The position numbers and the translations under genes are program-made. From positions 3,168,001-3,232,000 of the forward strand of contig OY970223.1 in the NCBI GenBank assembly GCA_963714015.1: a stretch of 64,000 nt of DNA, read 5' to 3'. The notes under the pieces were generated by a model. It saw only the letters and a list, made by a program, of their open reading frames with translations, did no database searches and was not told the DNA's origin. Shown piece after piece: positions 1 through 11,901 of the stretch (positions within the stretch are counted from its first letter, which is position 1; each line of letters begins with the position of its first letter). The stretch comes from Vulcanimicrobiota bacterium. Lineage in GTDB: Bacteria > Vulcanimicrobiota > Vulcanimicrobiia > Vulcanimicrobiales > Vulcanimicrobiaceae.

Positions 1-744
1 GTTGCGCCGGGACGCACTGTTCGAGCGCAGAGTTCCGCATCGTGCCGAGCGATCAATCATGCTATCGGCCAAGGGGAAACCGCTTACCTTATTTTTCGAG
101 CGGGCCCGATAAGCGTTGCGCGCCTGACGGAGGCGTTGCACAAGACCACGGACGCTCTTCATGCTGCCGGTATCAACTTCGGCGAACCAATAGATTCGTG
201 CGACACCTACACGCGTGCGACGTACGACATGCTCGTCATTCATTTGGTCGATCTCGAAATCGCCGCAGGCGGCACTCCCAGCGATCTTCTCCCGGCGATC
301 ACCGGAATGCTGCGCGATCTGCACGGCGTGCTATCGATTTCAAACCCGTTCTTTGGGACCTACACCCGACGGGTTGTAGCGATGTATACCGGCGCAGCCG
401 GACCTCCTCCGGAGGACCTAAAATCTTGGTATGACGATCCGAACCTGGGTCCCATGACGGACTGCGTTGTCCCGTATCAGGACGCAATCATCGTTAGTCA
501 GGCACGCTTGCTCTATCCGCAGACGATTCCACTCTCAGGTCCGGTCACCGTCACCTTGACGCTGATCATTGGCGCGGACGGCAGCCTGGTCGACTCGAAG
601 GTTCTGAAAAGCAGCGGGAACGGCGCATTGGATGCAGCGGCTCTATCCAGCGCTCGTAACAGTACTTACGCGCCTAAGGTCGTTCTCTGCCAGCCGACGC
701 AAGGAAAATATCTTTTCAAATCGACGTTCGACCCGAATCGCTAG
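1..744 (+). CDS. TonB C-terminal domain protein (5'-partial)
   Basis: Frame is open from position 1 to the TAG at 744. C-terminus 'GPVTVTLTLIIGADGSLVDSKVLKSSGNGALDAAALSSARNSTYAP' is a typical TonB_C signature. Confidence 0.75.
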   Translation, partial: VAPGRTVRAQSSASCRAINHAIGQGETAYLIFRAGPISVARLTEALHKTTDALHAAGINFGEPIDSCDTYTRATYDMLVIHLVDLEIAAGGTPSDLLPAITGMLRDLHGVLSISNPFFGTYTRRVVAMYTGAAGPPPEDLKSWYDDPNLGPMTDCVVPYQDAIIVSQARLLYPQTIPLSGPVTVTLTLIIGADGSLVDSKVLKSSGNGALDAAALSSARNSTYAPKVVLCQPTQGKYLFKSTFDPNR

Positions 745-774
745 AAAGAAAGAAGCGCCGCCATTCGGCGGCGC
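745..774 (-). terminator. Intrinsic terminator of the thiolase operon
   Basis: Hairpin GCGCCGCC-ATTC-GGCGGCGC (755-774), followed on the minus strand by TTCTTTCTTT; lies between convergent genes. Confidence 0.65.
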
Positions 775-821
775 CGGCTCTCCCGATGACACAACTCTTT
801 GACTCGTCGTGGAAGCGCGGG

Positions 822-1997
822 CTACGCGACTTCGAAGAGACCTGCGGCGCCCATGCCGCCACCGATGCACATCGTCACGACGACGTGCTTTGCGTTGCGC
901 TTCTTGCCTTCGATCAGCGCGTGCATGACCATACGAGTGCCGGAAAGGCCGTACGGATGGCCGATGGAAATGGCGCCCCCGTTCACGTTGAATCGCTCGT
1001 TCGGAATGCCGAGCGCGTCGCGAACGTAAACGGTCTGCACGGCGAACGCTTCGTTCAATTCCCACAAGCCGATGTCGTCGACCGTCAGATTGTTCTGCTT
1101 GAGCAATTTTGGAATTGCGTAGACGGGCGCGATGCCCATTTCGCCCGGCGCGTTACCGACGACGACCATGCCGCGATAAAACCCGAGCGGCTGTAAGCCG
1201 CGCTGCTCGGCGAGCTTGGAATCCATGACGACGACCGCCCCTGCTCCATCCGAAAGCTGCGAAGAATTTCCCGCGGTAATCGGCGACTTGGGATCGAGGA
1301 CGCCCTTGAGCTTCAACAAACCTTCAAGCGTCGTGTCCGGCCGATTGCCCTCGTCCTTGCGCAGGGTGAACAGCTCTTCGGCATACTCGCCGGTCTCTTT
1401 GTTTTCCGTGTATTTCCAAGCAGCGAGCGGAACGATCTCCTCGTCGAAAGCGCCTCGCGCCTGCGCATCGGCGGTACGCTGCTGGCTCTGCAGCGCGTAT
1501 TCATCTTGACGCTCGCGCGAGACGTTGTACTTTTTCGCGACGAAATCGGCCGTCTGCAGCATCGGCATGTAGACGTCGGGCTCGTGCCGCAGCATCCAAT
1601 CTTCGGTGAAAAACTCGACGTTCATCGAGTTTTGCACCAGGCTGATTGACTCGGCGCCACCCGCGACGACGACATTCGCGCCGTCGACGATAACGCGCTG
1701 CGCCGCTACCGAAATCGCTTGCAATCCGGACGCACAGTACCGGTTAATCGTCGTACCGGGAACGGTTTCGGGCAAGTCCCGCGCGCAGCGCGGCGACGCG
1801 GCCCAAATTGTTTCCAGTCGCGCCCTCCGGAAGCCCGACGCCGATCACGACGTCTTCGACTTCGTCCGGATCGATCTTCGCGCGATCCACAGCCGCCTTG
1901 ATCGACGTGCCCGGCAAGCGTTGCGCCGTGCGTTTGATTGAATGCGCCGCGAAACGCTTTACCGATCGGCGTCCGCGCCGCTGAAACAATTGCCGCC

Positions 1998-2005
<8 letters not shown>
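822..2005 (-). CDS. Acetyl-CoA C-acyltransferase (thiolase); two apparent 1-nt frameshifts (about 1903 and 1776)
   Basis: Three consecutive frames give [16 protein letters not shown] / [21 protein letters not shown] / NRYCASGLQ...NEAFA...GHPYG...CIGGGMG, the thiolase motifs. Confidence 0.9.
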
Positions 2006-4044
<2,039 letters not shown>

Positions 4045-4045
4045 G

Positions 4046-5888
4046 CTATGCCACCACGGGCGATTTGCGGTCGAGATCGTACTGCGTCTCTTGCAGCGTC
4101 ATGACGTCGCCCGATCCTTGCGTAATCTGGAGTTTGAGCCACGCGCTTTGACTGAGCACGTGCGTTGCATAAAATTTCGCCGTGGCGATTTTCGCCTTAT
4201 AGAACTCGCTCTCGGCATCGCCCGCGGCGATCTTCTCCGCCGCTAGCTGTGCGGCGCGCGCCATTTGCCAGCCGCCCGCGGTAATGCCCCACAGCTTCAA
4301 ATACGGCACGCTGCACGCGACCGCTTTTCGCAGGTCTCCCATCGCCGTCATCCCGATCCACTGCGAGGTCTCGGCGAGCGCATTGATGCCTTTTGCCAGC
4401 GCCTGGCCTATGTCTTTGAGAGATTCTCCTGAGCCGCTCGAAGCGTCCTCGCTTTCGCCCCCTTCCAACTCCTTGGCGGCCTTCTGCATCATTCCGATGA
4501 TGCGGGTTGCAGTCGCGCCCATGTCCTGCGCGAGCTTGCGCCCGACCAAGTCCAGGGCTTGAATGCCGGTCGTACCTTCGTAGATCGTCGTGATACGAAC
4601 GTCGCGGCAGCTGCTGGGCGATTCCGGTTTCTTCGACGTAACCAATACCGCCGAACACTTGTAGCGCGGTCGAGCAGATTTCGACTGCCGTCTCAGTGCA
4701 CCAGCCTTTGACGACGGGAATCATCAGCTCGACGAAAGCCTTCTGCTCCTTACGAACTTTCTCGTCGGGATGCTTGTGCGAGAAGTCCAAGGAGGCAGCC
4801 GTGACGTACGAGAGTGCGCGCATCGCTTCGATCTGCGATTTCATCGTCATCAACATGCGGCGCACGTCCGGATGTTCGATGATGCGCTTGGGCTCGGGTG
4901 ACCGGGACGCGACATCGCGGAACTGCACGCGTTCCTTGGCGTACTGCAGCGCTGCTTGGTACGCGCGGTCCGCCAGCGCCAACCCTTGAACGCCCACGGA
5001 GAAGCGCGCGGCGTTCATCATGACGAACATGTACTTGAGACCTTCGTTCGGCCGGCCGACCAAATATCCGATTGCGCCTTGCTTCTCGCCCAGATTCATG
5101 GTGCACGTCGGATTGCCGTTGATGCCCATCTTGTGCTCGATGCCGGCACAGACGATGTCGTTGCGCTCACCCAGCGAGCCGTCAGCGTTCGGAATGAATT
5201 TCGGCACGATGAACATGGAGATGCCTTTGGTGCCCTCGGGCGCGTCCGGCAGTCGCGCAAGCACCAAGTGCACGATGTTATCGGCCATGTCATGCTCGCC
5301 GAAGGTTATAAAAATCTTCTGGCCCGTAATGCGATAGCGATCGCCTTCAGGAACCGCCTTGGTGCGAACTTGAGCGAGATCGGATCCCGCTTGCGGCTCG
5401 GTCAGGCACATCGTGCCGGTCCAGGTTCCGTCTACCAGCTTCGGAATGTAGAGCTTCTTCTGCTCGTCCGATCCGATCAATTCAATTGCTTCGATCGCCC
5501 CTTGATTCAGGAGCGGACCGTTGGCAAAGCCGATGTTCGACGCGTTCCACATCTCGAGCGTCGGACCGAGCATCAGCGAGGGAAGACCTTGCCCGCCGTA
5601 TTCCGCGGGAACAGGCAAACCGATCCAGCCGGCCTTTGCGAACTGGTGATACGCCTCTTTAAAACCTTTCGGCGTCGTGACGTCGCCGTCGCTCCACGTG
5701 CAGCCTTCTTTGTCACCCGAATGATTAATCGGATCCAGCACTTCGCTCGCGAAGGTGGCGGCTTCTTCGAGAATTGCGTCCGCAACGTCCGTCGTGTCTT
5801 CAAAGCCGGGAAGCTTGGCGACTTCCTCGAGTCCGGCAAGCTCGTGAAGCACGAACTGCATGTCGCGCAAAGGCGCTTGATAACTCAT
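4046..5888 (-). CDS. Acyl-CoA dehydrogenase; one apparent frameshift (about 4607)
   Basis: MCLTEPQAGSDL, KIFITFGEHD, EHKMGI, LQVFGGIGYVEE, then in the shifted frame RDVRITTIYEGTTGIQALDLVGRK. Confidence 0.9.
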
Positions 5889-5905
5889 CGTTTCAATCTT
5901 TCCGT

Positions 5906-6307
5906 TTAGCTCGCGATCGAAGGCTCTTCGTACAGTTCACGGCGCAGCCGCAACACTGAATCGGAGAGCATTTGAAGATAGGGAAGCATGTTGGCCTTGA
6001 TGCGGGAGAGGCGTTCGCGTCCGGCCGGCGTGATGTGATAGAGCCGGCGCGAGCGTTTGGTAGGGTGCTCCCATTCGCCGGTCACGAATCCGCGCTCTTC
6101 AAGGCGGCGAAGCAGCGGATACACGGTGTTCGTGTTCACTGCCAGCAGGCCGCCGCACAGCGCTTCGATTCGCTGCATCAGCGCAAGGCCATGGTCCGGC
6201 CGCTCCTCCAGAAGATGAAGCAGCAGTACCGGCATGACGGTTTTGCTCTTGACCGGCCCTTTGAGGACTTCCTCAGCGGCTCGAGCAAGGCTGTTAGATG
6301 CCCGCAT
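5906..6307 (-). CDS. PadR-family transcriptional regulator
   Basis: 'NTVYPLLRRLEERGFVTGEW...RRLYHITPAGRERL' winged-HTH PadR signature; heads the beta-oxidation operon. Confidence 0.85.
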   Translation of the reverse strand: MRASNSLARAAEEVLKGPVKSKTVMPVLLLHLLEERPDHGLALMQRIEALCGGLLAVNTNTVYPLLRRLEERGFVTGEWEHPTKRSRRLYHITPAGRERLSRIKANMLPYLQMLSDSVLRLRRELYEEPSIAS

Positions 6308-6368
6308 TGATACTTTTAATATAGCATAAACCTAACAATGCGCAAGAGCCGATAAGGTCATCCAGGAG

Positions 6369-7729
6369 TCAGGACGGCGGGTAAAGGTCCCGCCGCGTGG
6401 CCGGTACAGCGACCTGGCCTCCGGGTGCCGGCTTGGCGAGCAGGGATTGAAAAATGGACAACCGTCCGCGCCGAAAACCTTGGGCGCTGCCGGCCATGTA
6501 GAGCCGCCAAGCCCGATACGATTGCTCTCCGGCCGCCGCCGCCGCTCGTTCTTTGTTTGCCTCGAGATTCCGCACCCACTCCCGCAGCGTGCGCGCGTAA
6601 TGCTCGCGCAGGCTCTCCACGTCGCGCACTTCGAAACCGGCGGCCTCGGCAATCCCTAATGACTCCGAAATCGGCACGAGTTCGCCGTCCGGAAAAATGA
6701 AGCGGCCGATGAATCCGCCCGAGCGACCGTCCCAGCCGGAGCCGCCGAGTGCGATGCCGTGGTTGAGAAACAGTCCGCCGGGCTTCAACAACTTGTACGC
6801 GTTGGCGAAATACCCGGGGAGCTTGCGGCGGCCGACGTGTTCGACCATGCCGATGCTGACAATCTTGTCGAACGTCGTGGCCGGCAATTCGCGATAATCC
6901 CAGCGTTCTACGCGCGCACGATCGCCCAAGCCCAATTGCTCGATGCGGCCGCGCGCTTCTTCGTACTGCCGCTCGCTGAGCGTAACTCCCAGAACATACG
7001 CGCCATGTTCCTTGGCCGCGCGAACGATCAGCGCACCCCAGCCGCAGCCGATGTCCAGCAGACGTTCGCCGCTGCGCAAACGCAACTTGCGCAGCGAGTA
7101 ATCGATCTTGGCGCGCTGGGCATCCTGCAGCGTTTCGATTCCGTCGTCGAAGTACGCGCATGAATATACGAGGTCGGGATCGAGGAACGCGCGATAAAAT
7201 TCCACCGGCTGATCGTAGTGGAATCCGATGGCGGCGCGATCGCGTTCGATCGAGTGCCGGCGCCCGCGCAGCCGCGCCTCGCGGAGTGGGGAAGCTGCGA
7301 AGCGGGCATGCGGTGAAGCAGCATCGCCAGGCGAACCACTGAGGGGCGCGGCAGGCGCTCCATCGCTTGGAAAAGCTCGTCAACCGCAGCCTCGAGATCG
7401 CCTTCTACGTCGATCAGTCCGGCGGCGATTGCTCGACCGGCATTCAGATCGAACGGTGGTTTGAATGCGACGCGCAATGCGCTCGAATGGTTAACGCAGA
7501 GCGTGAAACGCCGCACGCCTTGCGCGGGGACCTCCGTCCCTTCCCAGAGCCGGATCGCAAATCCGCGACAGTACGCGTCCTCGAAAATAAGCCGCAAAAC
7601 CGCTACCGCCATTCGGGCGTAGGGATCCGCCGAGACGAATCGCTCGAGTTCCACGCCTACTGCCTCGCTCGTTTCGATTGAATCGCTGTCAGTGCTCCGT
7701 TTAAGCAGCAGGTTGCTTCCTTGCTCCAC
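6369..7729 (-). CDS. cfa: Cyclopropane-fatty-acyl-phospholipid synthase family methyltransferase; apparent frameshifts (about 7290 and 7210); start uncertain
   Basis: DPDLVYSCAYF, LLDIGCGWG, FDKIVSIGMVEHVG, IFPDGEL, EHYARTL..W; N-terminal part (DRAAIGFHYD) lies in neighbouring frames. Confidence 0.85.
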
Positions 7730-7814
7730 GATAGGCGCAAAGGCTTATATAAAGTTGACCAAAGCTGGCTTATGATCAATGAACGACACCGTGTCATTTG
7801 AATGGAGACCCAAA

Positions 7815-8018
7815 ATGAGTGATACACCCGTAACTGTCCGGTTACCTCGGGGCAATTTCAACATCGATCAAGCGCACAGCATCGTTGCCGACATCCTGAA
7901 TCGTATCGGCTGCGGCGGATGCTTCTCCGGGCGCGACATCAACTTCGTCAACGAGGTTGAGTTCTTCGTCACGCCCGAAGCTAACATTGCCGAGTTGAGC
8001 TTGCTCGAAGCGCGTTAG
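7815..8018 (+). CDS. Small CxxC protein, putative MNIO RiPP precursor/substrate (67 aa)
   Basis: GGAGA SD before the ATG at 7815; contains 'ILNRIGCGGCFSGRDINF'; ends 13 nt before the DUF692 gene. Confidence 0.7.
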   Translation: MSDTPVTVRLPRGNFNIDQAHSIVADILNRIGCGGCFSGRDINFVNEVEFFVTPEANIAELSLLEAR

Positions 8019-8031
8019 AAAACGCCGCTTC

Positions 8032-9438
8032 ATGGACGACGTCCGGGAAGCCGGGGTGGGCGTAGTATTCTTCTCAGATTTTCTCGGCTTCCACGACATC
8101 TTCGAAGGCATCGCGCTGGAGATCGAACCGCAAACGTATTGGCGCGATCCGGCGTCCGATTTGCATCCGGCTTTCAACGAGGGCCTTCTCCGTACGATAG
8201 CGGATCGCCCGAATCACAAGCTGATCCATAGCGTCGGTCTTCCGGTCGGCGGCTCGCTGCCGCCGCCGGAAGAGCATGTGGCTATTCTGGCTGCAAATGT
8301 CGAAATGCTCGATCCGCCGTACGTGAGCGAGCATCTGAGTTTCAACACACGCATGCGAAACGGCATCCGGGAGTGGGCCGGTTTCTTGCTGCCGCCGCTC
8401 CAAACGCCGGCCGGCGTAGCCGTCGCGGTCGAGCGCATTCGGAATTTGCGCGCTTCCTTGAACCGCCCGCTGGCATTCGAGACCGGCGTCAATTATTTCG
8501 CGCCATCACGATCGGAAATGAGGGACGGCGAATTTTTTGCAGCAATCGCGCACGAAGCGGACTGCGGCATTCTGCTGGATCTGCATAACGTCTACACAAA
8601 CGAGCGGAACGGGCGCAGCACCGTTCAAAGCGTTCTCGACGATCTGCCGCTCGACCGTGTGTGGGAGATTCACGTGGCCGGCGGGCACGTTTTTCGGGAC
8701 TTCTATTTGGATGCCCATTGCGGTCTTGTCTCGGAAGAGCTGCGCCGCCTGACCGAACGGGTCGTTCCGTTGCTTCCCAATCTTCGCGCGCTGGTGTTCG
8801 AAGCAAATCCCGACTCCCTGCGATCGGTCGGCGTCGACGCGCTGCGCGAACAGTTCGACTGGATGCACTCCGTATGGAGCCGGCGCGGATCCTGCGCTAT
8901 CGCCGCTGCTGGTCGTCCGGCCCGGCCCGCTCTTCCCGCGCTTGAAGAAGCGCTCGTGCAAACCGCGCAGTGGGAGGATGCGGTCTGGAAGCGGATCAAA
9001 CGCCCCGCGGCGGACGACGAATCGGGTTCGCTGCTCGGCGAACTCATTTACGAGGCCCGCGGAGGATCTGTCTTGAAGGGGGCGCGGCTTACGGCTCGCC
9101 TGCTTCTAGCGACGCTTGGATCGCGGGGCTTTCGCGAGCTTTTTGAAACGTTTTGCGCACAACATCGGGCGCAGATGTTTCCGGCATCGGAAAGCGCTCA
9201 ATTCCTTACTTTTGCGGCCGAGCACGGCGGCGACGTCGAGCACCTGAACGAAATCGTGTCCTTCGAACAGTCACTCCACCGCGTCATCGCAACGCAATCG
9301 CCCCAAGAAGCGCACTTCTCTTGCGATCCCGCGGAGCTTTTCGAAGCACTCCTGCGGCGCGAAAGGCCTCGCGTTTCCGGCGGCGGCGCGTACACCGTCC
9401 GCATCCATCCCGATCGGGTCGAAGTGGTGAGCGGCTAA
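8032..9438 (+). CDS. DUF692-family multinuclear non-heme iron oxidative enzyme (MNIO) with C-terminal extension
   Basis: HSVGL, SEHLSF, LLDLHNVYTN, EIHVAGG, LDAH and LVFE metal-ligand motifs of MbnB/TglH/ChrH-type enzymes. Confidence 0.9.
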   Translation: MDDVREAGVGVVFFSDFLGFHDIFEGIALEIEPQTYWRDPASDLHPAFNEGLLRTIADRPNHKLIHSVGLPVGGSLPPPEEHVAILAANVEMLDPPYVSEHLSFNTRMRNGIREWAGFLLPPLQTPAGVAVAVERIRNLRASLNRPLAFETGVNYFAPSRSEMRDGEFFAAIAHEADCGILLDLHNVYTNERNGRSTVQSVLDDLPLDRVWEIHVAGGHVFRDFYLDAHCGLVSEELRRLTERVVPLLPNLRALVFEANPDSLRSVGVDALREQFDWMHSVWSRRGSCAIAAAGRPARPALPALEEALVQTAQWEDAVWKRIKRPAADDESGSLLGELIYEARGGSVLKGARLTARLLLATLGSRGFRELFETFCAQHRAQMFPASESAQFLTFAAEHGGDVEHLNEIVSFEQSLHRVIATQSPQEAHFSCDPAELFEALLRRERPRVSGGGAYTVRIHPDRVEVVSG

Positions 9439-9527
9439 GAAGGCATAAGAAGGTTCCAAAAGGCCCATTCCGACTTACCGCGCCGCCGCTGCGAACGTGA
9501 GTTTGGCGGCGCTATACTAACGGCGCT

Positions 9528-11078
9528 ATGCGGAAACTGCGCCTGCCGTTCTTGATTCTTTTCGTCCTCGGGTTTGCAGCATGCGGCGGTGGCGGCGGCT
9601 CTACGCCTCCGGCTCCCGGAAGCGGCGGCGGTCCGCCTCCCGGCGGCGGTAGTCCATCCGCGTCCCCTTCCGTGCATCCAAGCACGTCGCCGGGCGCTAC
9701 CTCCACACCGTTTGTCACGCCAACCCCCGTGCACACTTCAGGTCCGACTCCAACGCCGATGCCGACAGGCGGCGGCCCGACGTTCTTGCCCAACACGAAC
9801 GGACGTTTCGGGCTCACGCAGATCTTAGACTGGAACGGGCTGAACGGAAGCGGCGACCAGCAGCTCACGCAGCAGCAAATTGAAATTGAAGCGCCGCACT
9901 ACGACAGCGTTTGGGGCGCCTTTTCGCCCCAAATTTGGAATCAGTATCACGCCGGCATGATTTTGTCGCGGTACTTCCTGCCGAACGAAGATTCGTATCT
10001 GCTTTCCCAGCACAACTTGGCGTGGTGGCAAGCGAACCATCCAAGCTGGGTCCTGTACGGCTGCGATAACAACAACAATCCCACGCAAGACGTTGCTTGG
10101 TACGGAACGCGCTTTGGCGACGTTCCACTGGACATTCACAACCCCGACGTCGTCAGTTATCAAGTACATCTGGTAGGCAACTACATGATCGCCAACGGCC
10201 TTAACACGCTCGCCGTCGACAACATCGTCTTCGAAAACTACGGCGCCTCGCCGAATCCGGATCTCGGCGAAGGCAATCCGAATCCGGGCTGGTACGGCTG
10301 CGGCGTGTACACGCAGCCCAACTTCCAAGGATTCCAGCAGATTTACAGCGGCGGCTTGGACGCTCCCGACCCAACGTGGATCTCGGACGTGGAGAACTGG
10401 ATGGCGACGGCGCGTAATATCTTCAATACCGACCCGACGCTAGCGCCGTATCATCTGCACATCATGATGAACCATCCCGTCTTCGACAGCAGTCCCGATC
10501 CGCAGGAGCAGGCGGTGCTCTCAAATGTGGACGGCATGGTCGACGAAAACGGATTTACGCACTACGACAACTACGAGAATCCTCAGTACAACACGTCCGT
10601 GCTCTTCCAGCAGACGCTGAGCTGGATGGAATGGGCGCAGACCAACGGCAAGGGCATATTGCTCACGGACTACTTCTGCGAAGACGGGAAGAACGCACAT
10701 GGGCAGCAATGCTCGACCGATCCGTCGACGCTGACTGCTCCGGAAGTGGATTGGGCTCTCTCGACGTACGCGCTTGGCGACAACGGCGGAGCCGACGTTT
10801 ACATCTCGCCGGACGGCGGCGCCGACTATTCCTATCGGGGAGAGTACGCAACGACGCTGGGGTCGCCGTGCGGCTCGTACGTTCAAAGCAACGGCGTCTA
10901 TTACCGGAAGTTCGCCGGAGCGCTAGTGGTCGTCAATCCGAATCAAAACACTTCGGTTCAGTTCGCGCTGCCTTCGAATCACAGCTATACGGACATCGAG
11001 CATCAGGCGATCGGCAATCCGCTGACGTTGAACGGCCCCGCCGGGTACGTTTTGCTCACTTCGAACGGCTGCTCGTAA
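9528..11078 (+). CDS. Lipoprotein with Pro/Thr linker and putative glycoside hydrolase (GHL15-like) domain
   Basis: Lipobox FAAC, Gly/Pro/Thr-rich linker, and a C-terminal 'VYYRKFAGALVVVNP' typical of hypothetical GH family 15-like proteins. Confidence 0.6.
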   Translation: MRKLRLPFLILFVLGFAACGGGGGSTPPAPGSGGGPPPGGGSPSASPSVHPSTSPGATSTPFVTPTPVHTSGPTPTPMPTGGGPTFLPNTNGRFGLTQILDWNGLNGSGDQQLTQQQIEIEAPHYDSVWGAFSPQIWNQYHAGMILSRYFLPNEDSYLLSQHNLAWWQANHPSWVLYGCDNNNNPTQDVAWYGTRFGDVPLDIHNPDVVSYQVHLVGNYMIANGLNTLAVDNIVFENYGASPNPDLGEGNPNPGWYGCGVYTQPNFQGFQQIYSGGLDAPDPTWISDVENWMATARNIFNTDPTLAPYHLHIMMNHPVFDSSPDPQEQAVLSNVDGMVDENGFTHYDNYENPQYNTSVLFQQTLSWMEWAQTNGKGILLTDYFCEDGKNAHGQQCSTDPSTLTAPEVDWALSTYALGDNGGADVYISPDGGADYSYRGEYATTLGSPCGSYVQSNGVYYRKFAGALVVVNPNQNTSVQFALPSNHSYTDIEHQAIGNPLTLNGPAGYVLLTSNGCS

Positions 11079-11315
11079 CAAGCTCCACTGGCAGGCCGCG
11101 CGCGTAAATCGGCCGCGGCCGCAAGCCGGTAATCGACGGACCACGGCGGCAACAGTAAAGCCGCGCTCATTCAGCGGGCAGGAGGTCGATTTGCGCGCGA
11201 ATCAGGAGCTCGTGCGGCATACCGGCAGTTTAGCACGCCGGTATGCCGGCCGCTGTCAGTTATTGAAAATGTCTCGGCAACGCGTCGCTCATGCGCGTTT
11301 GAGACCGTTCGCCGG

Positions 11316-11894
11316 ATGGACGACTGCGCGGCGGATGCGGCCGCGGCGTTGCTGGACGGCAGCGCCGACGATCATTCCTCGATAATTCATACGCTGCGCA
11401 AATTCGGGACGCAAGCGCTGCAGTTCGCGGCAAAGCATTGCATCCGCATCGTTCCGCTGCGCCGCAGAGAGCGTTACGACCACCGATCGCCGGCGCTCAA
11501 GCGCCTTGCCGTAGACGTCGACGCTTGGCCGGCGCCGCCGGCCGGTTTGTTCGTCGTCGAAGAGCGGACCGTGTATCTGCGCTCCCGAAGCCCGATGACT
11601 GTCGCGCATGAGTTCGGCCACGCCCTGGACTGCGCGCTCGGCGGCGGGGTGTATCTATCCGGTTCGGACGAAGCGCTGCATCGTTTGTTTGCCGGCGCAA
11701 AGTCATTCGTCACTCCCTATGCGGCGACGGGCCTGGACGAATATTTTGCCGAGTCGCTTCGCGCATACGTTGAAGTGAACGATCCTCAGTCGTTCTGGCC
11801 GCGCGCGACCAAGACGCGGCTAAAGCGCGTCGATCCCGCGATGTTTTCGTATATCGAAGATATCTTCAGAACGGAGTTTTCTCGTATCGCCTGA
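11316..11894 (+). CDS. Zinc metallopeptidase, anthrax lethal factor (ATLF)/MtfA-like
   Basis: HEFGHALD (HExxH) plus downstream 'YAATGLDEYFAE'. Confidence 0.7.
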   Translation: MDDCAADAAAALLDGSADDHSSIIHTLRKFGTQALQFAAKHCIRIVPLRRRERYDHRSPALKRLAVDVDAWPAPPAGLFVVEERTVYLRSRSPMTVAHEFGHALDCALGGGVYLSGSDEALHRLFAGAKSFVTPYAATGLDEYFAESLRAYVEVNDPQSFWPRATKTRLKRVDPAMFSYIEDIFRTEFSRIA

Positions 11895-11901
11895 CAGCGC
11901 T

